DNA of 64,000 nt. Origin: Candidatus Hydrogenedentota bacterium. Its GTDB lineage: Bacteria; Hydrogenedentota; Hydrogenedentia; Hydrogenedentales; CAITNO01. The notes below the pieces were generated by a model, which worked only from the letters and a program-made list of their open reading frames with translations, was not told the origin of the DNA and did no database searches. Shown piece after piece: positions 20,009 to 29,572 of the stretch; positions within the stretch are counted from its first letter, which is position 1; each line of letters begins with the position of its first letter. The stretch is taken from NCBI GenBank assembly GCA_903893795.1, contig CAITNO010000156.1, forward strand, positions 4,557-68,556, given 5' to 3'. Position numbers and translations under genes: made by a program.

Positions 20009-20725
20009 ATGACAAACGATATAGATAGCGGTCCCGTGCGACGTCCCGTGACGGTGCGCGAGATGGCCGTAGATGACCGGCCGCGCGAACGGCTAGAACA
20101 GCGTGGCGCCGAGGCGCTGAGAGACGCGGAACTTTTGGCGGTGCTGTTCCGCACAGGAACGCGTGAGTTGAATGCCCTCGCCCTCGCCGATTCCCTGCTC
20201 GGTCACTTTAACGGCAATCTTCGCAGGTTATCCCAGGCCACCCTGGAAGAACTGCAACAGGTAAAGGGGATTGGCCGCGTGAAAGCGATTGAGATTAAGG
20301 CTGCCTTGGAGTTGGGCAAGCGCCTGGAAAATCACAAAAAGCCAGCATTGAAGAAGATTACCTGCGCCCAAGATGTCTGGGAACTTCTGTCCGGCAAATT
20401 CAGGGAGTATGAAACGGAGTACTTCAAGGTGTTGCTCATGAACACCAAAAATGAAGTGCTCAAGACCCACGATGTCTCCAACGGAGGGGTGGATGGCACC
20501 GATGCCATGCCGCGCGACGTGCTGAGCCAGGCGGTGCGCGAACGCGCCACCGCGATTATCGTCGCCCACAATCATCCGAGTGGCGATCCGGAACCCAGCC
20601 GTGCCGATATTGCGCTGACCAAGCGCCTGGCGGAAGCCGCGCAGTTGATCGGCATCAACCTGCTGGACCATGTTATTTTTGGCTATGAACGCCATGTAAG
20701 CCTTAAAGAAAGGGGCCTGATGTGA
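20009..20725 (+). CDS. radC: RadC-family JAB-domain protein
   Basis: HhH motif 'LQQVKGIGRVKAIEI' and JAB metalloprotease motif 'HNHPSGDPEPSRADIALT'. Confidence 0.85.
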   Translation: MTNDIDSGPVRRPVTVREMAVDDRPRERLEQRGAEALRDAELLAVLFRTGTRELNALALADSLLGHFNGNLRRLSQATLEELQQVKGIGRVKAIEIKAALELGKRLENHKKPALKKITCAQDVWELLSGKFREYETEYFKVLLMNTKNEVLKTHDVSNGGVDGTDAMPRDVLSQAVRERATAIIVAHNHPSGDPEPSRADIALTKRLAEAAQLIGINLLDHVIFGYERHVSLKERGLM

Positions 20726-21372
20726 ACCCTGCGTTTAATGGATGGAAAGAGGGATTGATGTACTACGGCCCAGTAATTGCCGTAGGCCTGGTGCTCTGTC
20801 TTGCCCTGCGCCCCTGGGGATACTGGTGGGTCGGCGTTCCCGTGGTTGTGGTCGGATTCGCCATGATGCTGTTCTTTCGGGATTTTCCCCGCACCATCAC
20901 GGCTGCGCCGAACGAGGTGGTGTCACCGGCGGATGGCACCGTGGTGGCCATTGAGGATCTGGCGGAATCGCCGCACTACAGCGGGCCGTCCCGTCGTGTG
21001 AGTATATTCATGTCCGTATTCAGTGTCCATGTAAATCGCGCACCCTTTGACTGCACGGTCAAGTATGTTCGTTATGCGCCGGGCAAATACCGCGACGCCC
21101 GGGACCCTGATTCGAGCAAGGTGAATGAATCCAACGCCATTTGGCTCGACACACCGAAAGGGCCCATGACCGTTCGCCAAATCTCCGGGGCCGTGGCGAG
21201 GCATATTGTCTGTCCGGCTACGCCGGGCACTGCCTTGCAAAAGGGCGAGAAATTCGGGATGATACGTTTTGGCTCACGCGTGGAGCTCTATCTCCCGCCG
21301 GGAACCGAGGTTTGTGTGGGCATGAACCAGAAAGTGAATGCCGGAACCACCACAATGGCAAGATTCAAATGA
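20722..21372 (+). CDS. psd: Phosphatidylserine decarboxylase proenzyme (small type)
   Basis: 'FGSR' self-cleavage-site region near the C-terminus. GTG start overlapping the radC stop (GTGA). Confidence 0.75.
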   Translation: MNPAFNGWKEGLMYYGPVIAVGLVLCLALRPWGYWWVGVPVVVVGFAMMLFFRDFPRTITAAPNEVVSPADGTVVAIEDLAESPHYSGPSRRVSIFMSVFSVHVNRAPFDCTVKYVRYAPGKYRDARDPDSSKVNESNAIWLDTPKGPMTVRQISGAVARHIVCPATPGTALQKGEKFGMIRFGSRVELYLPPGTEVCVGMNQKVNAGTTTMARFK

Positions 21373-22307
21373 GACTCTATCCCCTTCGCCGAAGAACAGA
21401 CCGCTTGCCCCGCCGTTTCAGGCCGGTCAACATGGCCGCCAGCGTGATGACCACCATGAACCTCTACATGGGCGTCACCAGCATTTTCGCCAGTATTGGC
21501 AATGAATTCCGTTGGGCGGCCACCTGCATTCTGCTCGCCATTATATTCGACATGCTCGACGGGTTTGTGGCGCGCCTTACGAAGAGCACCTCTGAATTTG
21601 GGAAGCAGCTCGACAGCCTGTGCGACTTGGTTTCTTTCGGCGTGGCGCCTGCCGTACTGGTGTTCATGGCCTATCTCCCCGAGGGCAGCCACCTGCCGCT
21701 CTCCCCAAGAGCCGAGTCCATTGTGGGGGAAACGGGTTCCTACATGGGCATTATTTATGTGATCTGCACGGCGCTGCGTCTCGCCCGGTACAACACCTTC
21801 CAGTCGGACAGGCGCGATTCCTTTATCGGTCTTCCCTCACCGGCGGCCGGAGGTACTTTGGCCGCTTTCGTGCTGTTCCTGCAGTATTTTGAAAGCAAGC
21901 TGGACGCCGCTCCCCTGGGTCCGCTGGCCTACGTGATGCTTGGACCTACGATGGTTGTCCTCGCCCTGCTGATGGTGAGCACGGTCCATTACCCCAAGAA
22001 CCGTTTTAAGGCAGTCATCGTCAAGCCGCAGCACGCCTTCATCTATCTCGCAGCGGGCGCCTTCCTGATTACCGTTGTCCACTACGCGATGACCCACTCC
22101 GCCTCGCTTGTCATGTTTCCCCTGGCCAGCGGCTATGTGTTCTTTGGTCTTCTCGAGGCCCTCTGGGGACGCTTGAGCGGCAAATCGGCGTCGGTGCTAC
22201 CAGAGGAGTCGGAAGGGGCCGACGAACTTGCGTCTGACGAGGAGTTGGAAGAGGGGGAGCAGGAAACAGCCATGTCTTCACCGCGAAATACAGGGGAATC
22301 CTTGTAG
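21369..22307 (+). CDS. pssA: CDP-diacylglycerol--serine O-phosphatidyltransferase
   Basis: CDP-alcohol phosphatidyltransferase motif 'DMLDGFVARLTKSTSEFGKQLDSLCD'. The start is ambiguous: an ATGA overlap with psd at 21369, or 'MAASVM' about 60 nt downstream. Acidic C-terminal tail. Confidence 0.75.
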   Translation: MRLYPLRRRTDRLPRRFRPVNMAASVMTTMNLYMGVTSIFASIGNEFRWAATCILLAIIFDMLDGFVARLTKSTSEFGKQLDSLCDLVSFGVAPAVLVFMAYLPEGSHLPLSPRAESIVGETGSYMGIIYVICTALRLARYNTFQSDRRDSFIGLPSPAAGGTLAAFVLFLQYFESKLDAAPLGPLAYVMLGPTMVVLALLMVSTVHYPKNRFKAVIVKPQHAFIYLAAGAFLITVVHYAMTHSASLVMFPLASGYVFFGLLEALWGRLSGKSASVLPEESEGADELASDEELEEGEQETAMSSPRNTGESL

Positions 22308-23437
22308 TAGTCGAGCGCCTCTTTGATCAGCACCTTTGATACGGCCGCGATGGGCACTGCCATCAGGAGTCCGAAGAACCCAAGCACCGTGCTGAACACC
22401 AGTATGGCGACCACTACCCACGCGGGGTTTAGCCCAACATTCTTGCCGACGATGCGCGGAGTAAGTAAATAGCTCTCGCAGGTCTGGATGCAGACCAGCA
22501 CGACGCACAGGGCGAAAAGATGCCCGTCGATTCCATAGGTCAAGAGGGTCAGGATGAGCGAGGGGATCAGCGTGATGGTTGGGCCGGCATAGGGCACGAC
22601 CGTGGCCGCGCCGCCCAAGAGGGCGATAAGCAGGGCAAAGGGTACTCCGGACAGGGACAATCCGACCCCGTACAGACCCATCATGGCGCCGCATACGGTC
22701 AGTTGCCCGCGCAGGAAAGATTTCAACTGCACATCGACTTTGCCCATGACGCTGCCCACTGGTGCGCGATAGCGCAATGGCACCAGTCCGGCGATAGTGT
22801 CGACCATTTCCTCATAGTTCCTGAGCATTTCGACGGCCACAAAGAGGAAAAGGGAGAGACTGACAAACCACTCGACAAAGCCTAGGCCGATTTTTGCAAT
22901 GGACCCAATGAGCGCCGCCGCAGAAAGTCCCGCCTCCTTACCAAATCCCGCGATGCGGTCGCCATAACCGCGCATGAGGTGCAGGGCGTTGTCTTTGACC
23001 AGTTGACCCAGGCGTTCCGCAATCACGGCGCGTTCATTGAAATCCGTTTTCCCTTCCGGCGCCCAACCCAAATTGATCACGAATTCATGGAGCGGCAGAC
23101 GGTTTATCAAGCGGTCAACCCAGCCGTTTCCAATGCCCGTGCGGGCCGCCTCCACCAGCCGGTCGGCCTCATGGATAACACTGGGAACGACCACCAGCGG
23201 CACGGCCAGCACCAGCAAAGCCACAACGAGTACGAGTGCGAGGATGGTAAAACTCCTCGAAACGCCTTTCTTTTCGAGAAACACCACCACAGGATGAAAA
23301 CAGTAGGAAAAGATGAGCGCGAGCAGTACCGGTGTCAATACGGGGATGAGCAGCCAGGCCGTCAGGGCCGCGAGCGCGAGGAGGGTCGCGCCCCCGGCAA
23401 AACGCACCCAAGGATTGGATAGAACGACATTGGGCAT
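22133..23437 (-). CDS. AI-2E family (PerM/YhhT-like) transporter
   Basis: Eight hydrophobic helices and the overall AI-2E/UPF0118 topology. The Ser/Asp-rich C-terminal tail overlaps the pssA tail by 175 nt. Confidence 0.75.
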   Translation of the reverse strand: MPNVVLSNPWVRFAGGATLLALAALTAWLLIPVLTPVLLALIFSYCFHPVVVFLEKKGVSRSFTILALVLVVALLVLAVPLVVVPSVIHEADRLVEAARTGIGNGWVDRLINRLPLHEFVINLGWAPEGKTDFNERAVIAERLGQLVKDNALHLMRGYGDRIAGFGKEAGLSAAALIGSIAKIGLGFVEWFVSLSLFLFVAVEMLRNYEEMVDTIAGLVPLRYRAPVGSVMGKVDVQLKSFLRGQLTVCGAMMGLYGVGLSLSGVPFALLIALLGGAATVVPYAGPTITLIPSLILTLLTYGIDGHLFALCVVLVCIQTCESYLLTPRIVGKNVGLNPAWVVVAILVFSTVLGFFGLLMAVPIAAVSKVLIKEALDYYKDSPVFRGEDMAVSCSPSSNSSSDASSSAPSDSSGSTDADLPLKRPQRASRRPKNT

Positions 23438-23577
23438 AGGTTTAGTCTCCAGGCACTGTATTGATTGCTTTGGTCAGACATGCTAACAGGCCTTTCCATC
23501 CCAAGCAAACCAACATGGAAGCCCGGGGAAGAATATGTTTGCAAAACAGCTCTGCGGGGGGTAGGATGTAAGCAGGT

Positions 23578-24630
23578 ATGGTCTATAGGTTTATTTGCAT
23601 AACCGCGCTGCTGCTGGCCGGGTTAAACGTTGCCGCCGATGTCCTTGTTTTGGACACCGGAGAGTCCTTGTCAGGTTCCGCACTGCGCATAAAAGAGGGA
23701 ACCTTAACTTTTAAGACCAGCCTTTCAGGCCAAATGATGGTGCCGATGGACACCGTTAAATCACTGGCGACGGACAAGAAGTTTGCGATTACCCTTGGCG
23801 ATGACAGCTCGAGGTATGGCCGCTTTTCCAGCAAGGAACAGGCCAATATCATACTTCCGCTCAACGGCGCTCCCCCCGAGCCCGTTGATCTGAAAGGACT
23901 TAAAGAAGCCCTGCTGATCCCAAGTTCGCCTTCGGCCACCAGCCTTATGGGGGAACCATTGACCGAGGGCGCCTCGGCGTCCGGGGATTTGGGTGTTCGT
24001 TTTCATACGGGCGGAAGGGACGGCGTTGCGCCGCTGTTGCGGGGAGAAGTGGGCGGGCGCAACGAAAAGAGCGCCTGGTCGGTTGGAATAAGCGGTTTCA
24101 CCGATGGCGGCAAGGAGGGCGTGGATTTTCTCGATGCCCAGGCCCGTGTAAAAGGTATTGGGAACGGGCTGAACCCCTATCTCTGGGTCGGTCTGGACCG
24201 CGACACGGACCAGGCGCTGGACCTGCGCGGTCATTTGGCCATGGGACTTTACAAGGCATTCATGCCGTCCAGCAGCAACACCCTGGATGCCTATCTCGGC
24301 CTGGACGTGGCTAGGGAGCAGATGAATCCGAAGAGTGTCTCTGTCTCCGGCGAGACCGAACGCCGCTCAGACGTGGCGCTTCATCTGGGGCTGCGTTACT
24401 ATTCGTTGCTCTCGCGTCATTTATCGCTAATCGGGGCGCTGGACCTTTTCCCGACCCTGTCCGACTTGGGAGGTCTGCGCGGAAGCTCCCAGGCTTCCCT
24501 GCTTTTTCCGCTCAACGACCGGCTTCGGCTGCGGCTGGATTTTCATGTCGGCTACGACAGCGATCCGCTGGTGGTGGGCCTGCCAAAATGGTCCGCTTCC
24601 GTGGGCGCCGGTGTTGGTGTAAACTTCTAG
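23578..24630 (+). CDS. Outer-membrane beta-barrel protein (350 aa), function unknown
   Basis: Signal peptide, alternating amphipathic strands, and a C-terminal '...GVNF' ending in Phe, as is typical of outer-membrane-protein barrels. Confidence 0.6.
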   Translation: MVYRFICITALLLAGLNVAADVLVLDTGESLSGSALRIKEGTLTFKTSLSGQMMVPMDTVKSLATDKKFAITLGDDSSRYGRFSSKEQANIILPLNGAPPEPVDLKGLKEALLIPSSPSATSLMGEPLTEGASASGDLGVRFHTGGRDGVAPLLRGEVGGRNEKSAWSVGISGFTDGGKEGVDFLDAQARVKGIGNGLNPYLWVGLDRDTDQALDLRGHLAMGLYKAFMPSSSNTLDAYLGLDVAREQMNPKSVSVSGETERRSDVALHLGLRYYSLLSRHLSLIGALDLFPTLSDLGGLRGSSQASLLFPLNDRLRLRLDFHVGYDSDPLVVGLPKWSASVGAGVGVNF

Positions 24631-24668
24631 CTATCCTTGTTCCGCCCTTTCCCGAAAGGAACTGATTC

Positions 24669-25694
24669 ATGCGTATGACCGTTGTTCTTGCCGTGGTGGT
24701 TGCCAGTGCTTTGCTCCTGCCCCTTTGCTCCGCGCAGGCGGGGGAACTGCCGCTGGTGGTGGTTCAGGGCCTTGAAAACCTTTCGCACGCAAAGGCTGGC
24801 TATACGGCGCCTACGGTTAGTGCCTGGCCCACCGCCAGTTCAATAACTTACGGCCAAACGCTCGCAGACGCCACATTGACCGGCGGTACCGCTTCTGTGC
24901 CGGGAAGATTCGCCTTCGCCGCGCCCACGACCAAGCCGGCGGCGGGGAATTTTGTGGCTGATGCCCAGTTCATCCCTTCAGACACAACCGCCTACTCAAT
25001 CGTGAACGGGACGATAGGTATCACCGTGGACCCTGCCGAGCCGACAGTGACCGCCTGGCCTGCGGCCAGCGCCATATCGTTGGGTGACACCCTTGCCGCA
25101 TCCTCTTTCAGCGGTGGGGCCGCTTCGGTTCCTGGAACCTTCACCTTTACCGCGCCTGATACGGCACCCGGTTCTACCGGAACCTATACTGCCTCGGTCA
25201 CGTTCACCCCCACGGACAGTGGCAATTACAGCACCGTGCAGGGGACGGTGAGCTTAACCGTAAATGCGGCTGCCGTGGATTACCCTTGGTATGATTACGT
25301 GGGCATTCCCGTGCTCATGCTGGCTGCTGTCGGCATTGTTCGTTTGGCCGAGTCGAACCGGCTCGGGGGGCCTTGTTTCATTGCCTCAGCGGCCTGGGGC
25401 ACGCCCTTGGCTCCCGAGGTGGACCGGCTCAGAATATTCCGCGACAATACGTTGCTGGCCGGGGTTTTGGGCACGGCTGTTGTGGATGTTTATTACCACG
25501 TGAGTCCCGCCATTGCCGATGTGGTGGCCGCCTCACCCGCCCTCGCCATGCTGGTTCGCATGGCTCTGCTTCCTATACTCGTGCTGATTTCCCTGCCTGC
25601 GGTGCTGGTGGGGGGCCTTGGGCTTCTCGCGGCTGCAATGCTGCTGCGACGGTCATTGCGGAACCGGCGGGAAGACTCGACTTCGGCGGAGTGA
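24669..25694 (+). CDS. Surface protein with two tandem MBG-like repeats and a C-terminal membrane anchor
   Basis: Signal peptide, then two ~77-aa repeats ('ITYGQTL...GxFxFxxP...FTPxDxxNY'), a 'GGPCFIASAAWGTP' motif, a C-terminal TM helix and an RRSLRNRRED tail. Confidence 0.65.
   Translation: MRMTVVLAVVVASALLLPLCSAQAGELPLVVVQGLENLSHAKAGYTAPTVSAWPTASSITYGQTLADATLTGGTASVPGRFAFAAPTTKPAAGNFVADAQFIPSDTTAYSIVNGTIGITVDPAEPTVTAWPAASAISLGDTLAASSFSGGAASVPGTFTFTAPDTAPGSTGTYTASVTFTPTDSGNYSTVQGTVSLTVNAAAVDYPWYDYVGIPVLMLAAVGIVRLAESNRLGGPCFIASAAWGTPLAPEVDRLRIFRDNTLLAGVLGTAVVDVYYHVSPAIADVVAASPALAMLVRMALLPILVLISLPAVLVGGLGLLAAAMLLRRSLRNRREDSTSAE
24807..25271 (+). repeat. Tandem ~231-nt coding repeat (two MBG-like domains)
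   Basis: Protein-level repeats 'APTVSAWPTASSITYGQTLADATLTGGTASVPGRFAFAAP...' and 'EPTVTAWPAASAISLGDTLAASSFSGGAASVPGTFTFTAP...'. Confidence 0.7.
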
Positions 25695-26369
25695 CTACTT
25701 GTCGCTGATGTAGACGAGGGTACCTTTGGCGACAAGGTCGAAGAGCGCAATCACATCGTCGTTCAGCAGCCGCACACAGCCGTGTGAGGCGGGTTTGCCG
25801 ATATTCTGCTCGCCGTTGGTGCCGTGGACGTAAATGCCCCGCGCCTGGGAATCGACCACCTTGCCTTGCGCATCTTTGCCCCGGTTTACGCCGGGTTCAA
25901 GGCCGTCCAGTATGAGCACCCGCGTGAGTACGAGGTCGTCCTTGACCTCCATTCCGGGCTTCCAGATTTCCTTGGTTGCCTCGCGTGAACGAAACACCTG
26001 TCCCCAGGGCATGCCCGCGCCGATCTTCGCCTCCACCTTGTGCCAGCCGGTGGGTGTTTGGAGGCTGCCTTCGCGCGAACCGACCCCAGCCGCGGCAGTG
26101 GAGCAGCGGGCCTGCCACACGGGAACGCCGTTTTCAACGAGATAGACCATCTGTTCAGGGATGGAAACGAAGAGCGCTGCGCCGAACCCCACCTGTTTCA
26201 CCCAGTCAACCCGCGCCATTTGGTCGGTGACCGTTTTCGGCAGGGCGGGCAGCCCCGCTATTGCGGATGTCTCGGGTTGCGGGGGTGTACCAGTGCAACC
26301 GGATTCCACCGCTGAACATACCGCCACAAACAGGGCTGTTGATACCATGCCTGCCATTGTAATTCCCAT
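25695..26369 (-). CDS. L,D-transpeptidase (YkuD domain) lipoprotein
   Basis: Catalytic 'HGTN...SHGCVRL' motif. Start trimmed to the Met preceding the lipoprotein signal ('MGITMAGMVSTALFVAVC'). Confidence 0.8.
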   Translation of the reverse strand: MGITMAGMVSTALFVAVCSAVESGCTGTPPQPETSAIAGLPALPKTVTDQMARVDWVKQVGFGAALFVSIPEQMVYLVENGVPVWQARCSTAAAGVGSREGSLQTPTGWHKVEAKIGAGMPWGQVFRSREATKEIWKPGMEVKDDLVLTRVLILDGLEPGVNRGKDAQGKVVDSQARGIYVHGTNGEQNIGKPASHGCVRLLNDDVIALFDLVAKGTLVYISDK

Positions 26370-26554
26370 GCGCCTGCTCCACATAGCTCGTGTCCCGGAT
26401 TGTTGCCACATTATCCGCACCCATCCGCGGCACGGTCCTAGAGGGCGAAAGTTTACCGTTTGGCAACATCGTGGCACAAGCCGCACTTGACCCGCGCCCG
26501 GTTCTGGATTACTCTCCCTTTCAAGAATACTGGATTATGGGAGTACTTGTTTAT

Positions 26555-27952
26555 ATGAAGCTGCCGAAGATCAGTCGTCGTCGTTTCCTGGCCTCCACGG
26601 CCCTTTTGGGGGCAGGGACGGCCTTCGGCGAAGCTGGGGCCGTCAAGAAGAGGCCCAATCTTCTTCTGATTACCACCGACCAGCAGCATTGGATGGCGCG
26701 CGGCGCCGTGGACCCCTTCTTTGAAACGCCCGCATTGGATGCTCTCGCGCAGAGCGGGACTGTCTTTGAGAACGCCTTTTGCACCACCCCGCAATGCTCC
26801 GCCAGCCGTTCGTCGCTGTACACGGGTTGCTATCCGCACAAGACCTCCGTGCTGACCAATATTGGAAGTGGCACCCATCTTGGGGGAGTCCAAGCCCCAT
26901 TGCCGGCAACATTTGAGACCATAGGCTCGCGGTTGCGCCATGCAGGCTATCGGACGGCCTATTTTGGCAAATGGCACATGGGCAACAACGACCACTACAG
27001 CGCCCACTTTGACCGCGCCGATTTGGACGGGGAACCCCACACCGGGGCCACCGACAAGGCCATCTCCACCCTAAGAGAATGGGCGGGGTCGGCAGGTCAA
27101 CCCTTCTGTGTCTGCGTCAATTACATCAACCCCCATGATGTTTATGACTTCGTTGCCGCATCTCGGAAGGGGGGCCTGGAGCCCAAAGGTGTTGTGCCAC
27201 ACCCTTCCTCCTGGGCCGAGACGTTTTCCGGCAAACCGAAACCACAGCGCGACTTTGCGGAAAAGGAACAAGGGGCATTTCTCACAGGAAAACCGGATGC
27301 CCTTTGGGAGGCCTACCGCGAATTCTATCGTGACAAAGTGCGCCTGGCCGATGCAGAGACAGGGCGTTTGCTGCAACATCTGGAGCTGTCTGGCCTGGCA
27401 GACAACACCGTGGTCGCTTTCACGGCCGACCATGGTGACATGGACACGCAACATCGGTTGGTCTTCAAGGGGCCGTTCATGTACGAGAGCCTTGTCCATG
27501 TCCCCCTGATCATCCGTGTCCCTGGTGCTTGTCCAGGAATTGCCCAAGGTTTTGTTACCCCCTGCGACATATTGCCAAGCTTCTGTGCGCTAGCAGGTGC
27601 CGCTTTCGGAGAGGTCGATGGCGTCTCGTTGGCGGAAGGGTTGATGGGGGGCAGCTATCCCGAACGCGACTACGTGGTTGGTCAGTATTACGGAAAACAA
27701 AAATGGGTGAACCCGATTCGCATGCTTCGAACGCGACAGTGGAAGTACAACCGCTATCTGGTCCATGGGGAGGAACTGTATGACCTCAGAAACGACCCTC
27801 AAGAGATGGTAAATCTCGCCGCCGATGGGGGATACAATACGCAAAAGGCGGAACTTGCCGCGCTCTTGGACCAATGGATGACGAAAAGCGAAGATACGGC
27901 ATTTTCCACCTATTGGCCGACGAACCGTGACGGAACGAGATTCTCCGCTTAA
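26555..27952 (+). CDS. Tat-exported sulfatase with a CxAxR (anSME-type) maturation motif
   Basis: Twin-arginine signal 'SRRRFLASTALLGAG'. Sulfatase core 'TPQCSASRSSLYTG'. 'YFGKWHMG' also present. Confidence 0.8.
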   Translation: MKLPKISRRRFLASTALLGAGTAFGEAGAVKKRPNLLLITTDQQHWMARGAVDPFFETPALDALAQSGTVFENAFCTTPQCSASRSSLYTGCYPHKTSVLTNIGSGTHLGGVQAPLPATFETIGSRLRHAGYRTAYFGKWHMGNNDHYSAHFDRADLDGEPHTGATDKAISTLREWAGSAGQPFCVCVNYINPHDVYDFVAASRKGGLEPKGVVPHPSSWAETFSGKPKPQRDFAEKEQGAFLTGKPDALWEAYREFYRDKVRLADAETGRLLQHLELSGLADNTVVAFTADHGDMDTQHRLVFKGPFMYESLVHVPLIIRVPGACPGIAQGFVTPCDILPSFCALAGAAFGEVDGVSLAEGLMGGSYPERDYVVGQYYGKQKWVNPIRMLRTRQWKYNRYLVHGEELYDLRNDPQEMVNLAADGGYNTQKAELAALLDQWMTKSEDTAFSTYWPTNRDGTRFSA

Positions 27953-28046
27953 GAAGACCCCGCAGCACTTTGGCGTAGGCGGATTTCCGCCCCAAGATAG
28001 TAGGTTGTTGTTGAACCGAACCCACGCCGCGGCTACACTTGCGGGC

Positions 28047-29528
28047 ATGAACACCGCTCCATTGACACGCAACACCTGCACCTTCCGTGAGGGAAAAGGC
28101 ATAGCCTTTCTCGCGATGGATGCGGTCTATCTGATGGCCATATTCGGCTGGACCCTGTTCCTGCCGCCCCTGGGCCGTGATTACGCGGCGCTCGCCAATT
28201 ACGCGCCTTTTGGGGACAAAATCACCGAGTATCACGTGCTGAACCTCGCCCTGCTGTATCTGGCGATGGTGTTGGTTTTCTTTCTAACCCGTCTCGCCAC
28301 CGGCGGTCCCTGGTGGCTGGGGTCCGTGGCGGCGGTGTTGTTCATGGCCCACCCGTTGAAAACCGAGGCGGTGCTCAATCTATGCGGGATGAAAGACCTG
28401 ATTCCTGCGATACTGTCTTTGGCCGCACTTACGGCCTACGGGTTGGCCAGAATACAGCCCCGATGGCCTGTGGCATGCCTCACTGGAATTCTCTATGCCG
28501 CGGCGTCCTTGCTTGTCCCTGGCCAAGGTGGACTGTTCTTTGCGGTTCTGACATGGGAGGGATGTGTTGTCGCGCGTGAAAAGCGGCGCTTTGGCATCCT
28601 TCTGCCCTTCCTCGGCATTGCCGCGCTTGGTTGGTTTCTTTTTCCGCCCATACCCGCCGTTCCTGCTTTCTCTCCTGCAGGCGCCTTCTGGCCCATGGTT
28701 TATCTGGGTTATCCCCTGGGGCTCCTGCCGGAAACAGCGGCCATGTTGCGTGTCCATCCGATTCTCCCCATGGCGGTACTCGGTGGATTGGCATTCGCGA
28801 TGGTCGTTACGGCGCGCAGCGTCCGCCATCCTGCATTTACCCTCGGCCTCCTTGCCGCTTTGGGTTTTACCGTTTTCGGGGGAGACCGGTTGCTGGACCC
28901 GGTGCAGCTCATTGGCGGCGGTCGCATGTTACCCGCCATAGCCCTTTTCGCTATCGCGGTGGCTGGGCTGTTTCATCGAATCATCCATCACCCGGCCTGG
29001 CCCAAACCGGCCGTCTGGGCAAGCTCCATGCTTTGCCTGATGCTCATGGCCATGCAGGTGCATACCAATCTGGCCTGGAATCGGGCGGCAAAAGCGGTAG
29101 ATGCCTTCCGTCGGGCCGCCGTCACTGCCTCGGCGCAGCATCCGGGCGAACGCCTGGCCGTCTTCCCGGACTACCGCTATTGTGAACTGGCCCCGGTGCA
29201 GTTTGCAGAGAGCGTGCGCCACACCTCTCCCTTTGGCAGGGCCTGCCCCGTCGACGTGGTTGCCTCCTATGACCCCGACACGCTCGATGCGAAAGCCTTC
29301 TCGTTGCTTCGATATGACCCGCAGGGGGCTTCCTTTGCGGCAACGATTCAGGGTCCCTTTTGTGTGACCGGACCGGACGGCAGACAACTGGTTCCCCAAA
29401 CCGGCGGGAACTGGTCATGCTTCCAGTGGCTCGCGCCCAGGGACAGGACCACTCAGAAGCGCACGGTCCAGGTGAGTGTGGTCCCGAAGAGCCAAGCTTT
29501 TCCGCCAATCCGCATCGCTTACCCCTGA
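28047..29528 (+). CDS. Polytopic membrane protein (~10 TM helices) with a C-terminal soluble domain
   Basis: Start set at 'MNTAPL', just before the first TM helix. No recognised catalytic motif. Confidence 0.5.
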   Translation: MNTAPLTRNTCTFREGKGIAFLAMDAVYLMAIFGWTLFLPPLGRDYAALANYAPFGDKITEYHVLNLALLYLAMVLVFFLTRLATGGPWWLGSVAAVLFMAHPLKTEAVLNLCGMKDLIPAILSLAALTAYGLARIQPRWPVACLTGILYAAASLLVPGQGGLFFAVLTWEGCVVAREKRRFGILLPFLGIAALGWFLFPPIPAVPAFSPAGAFWPMVYLGYPLGLLPETAAMLRVHPILPMAVLGGLAFAMVVTARSVRHPAFTLGLLAALGFTVFGGDRLLDPVQLIGGGRMLPAIALFAIAVAGLFHRIIHHPAWPKPAVWASSMLCLMLMAMQVHTNLAWNRAAKAVDAFRRAAVTASAQHPGERLAVFPDYRYCELAPVQFAESVRHTSPFGRACPVDVVASYDPDTLDAKAFSLLRYDPQGASFAATIQGPFCVTGPDGRQLVPQTGGNWSCFQWLAPRDRTTQKRTVQVSVVPKSQAFPPIRIAYP

Positions 29529-29572
29529 TGGGCGTCAGCAGAGGCGTGTTTACCATTCTTAAGGAGGGATAG

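Noticed and set aside
23438-23577. Possible sigma-54 promoter (TTTGCA element) upstream of the outer-membrane-barrel gene, and similar candidates upstream of the HAD-like and sulfatase genes
   Set aside because: The GG/GC spacing is off by 2 nt from the -24/-12 consensus in every case inspected, so I cannot support a call.
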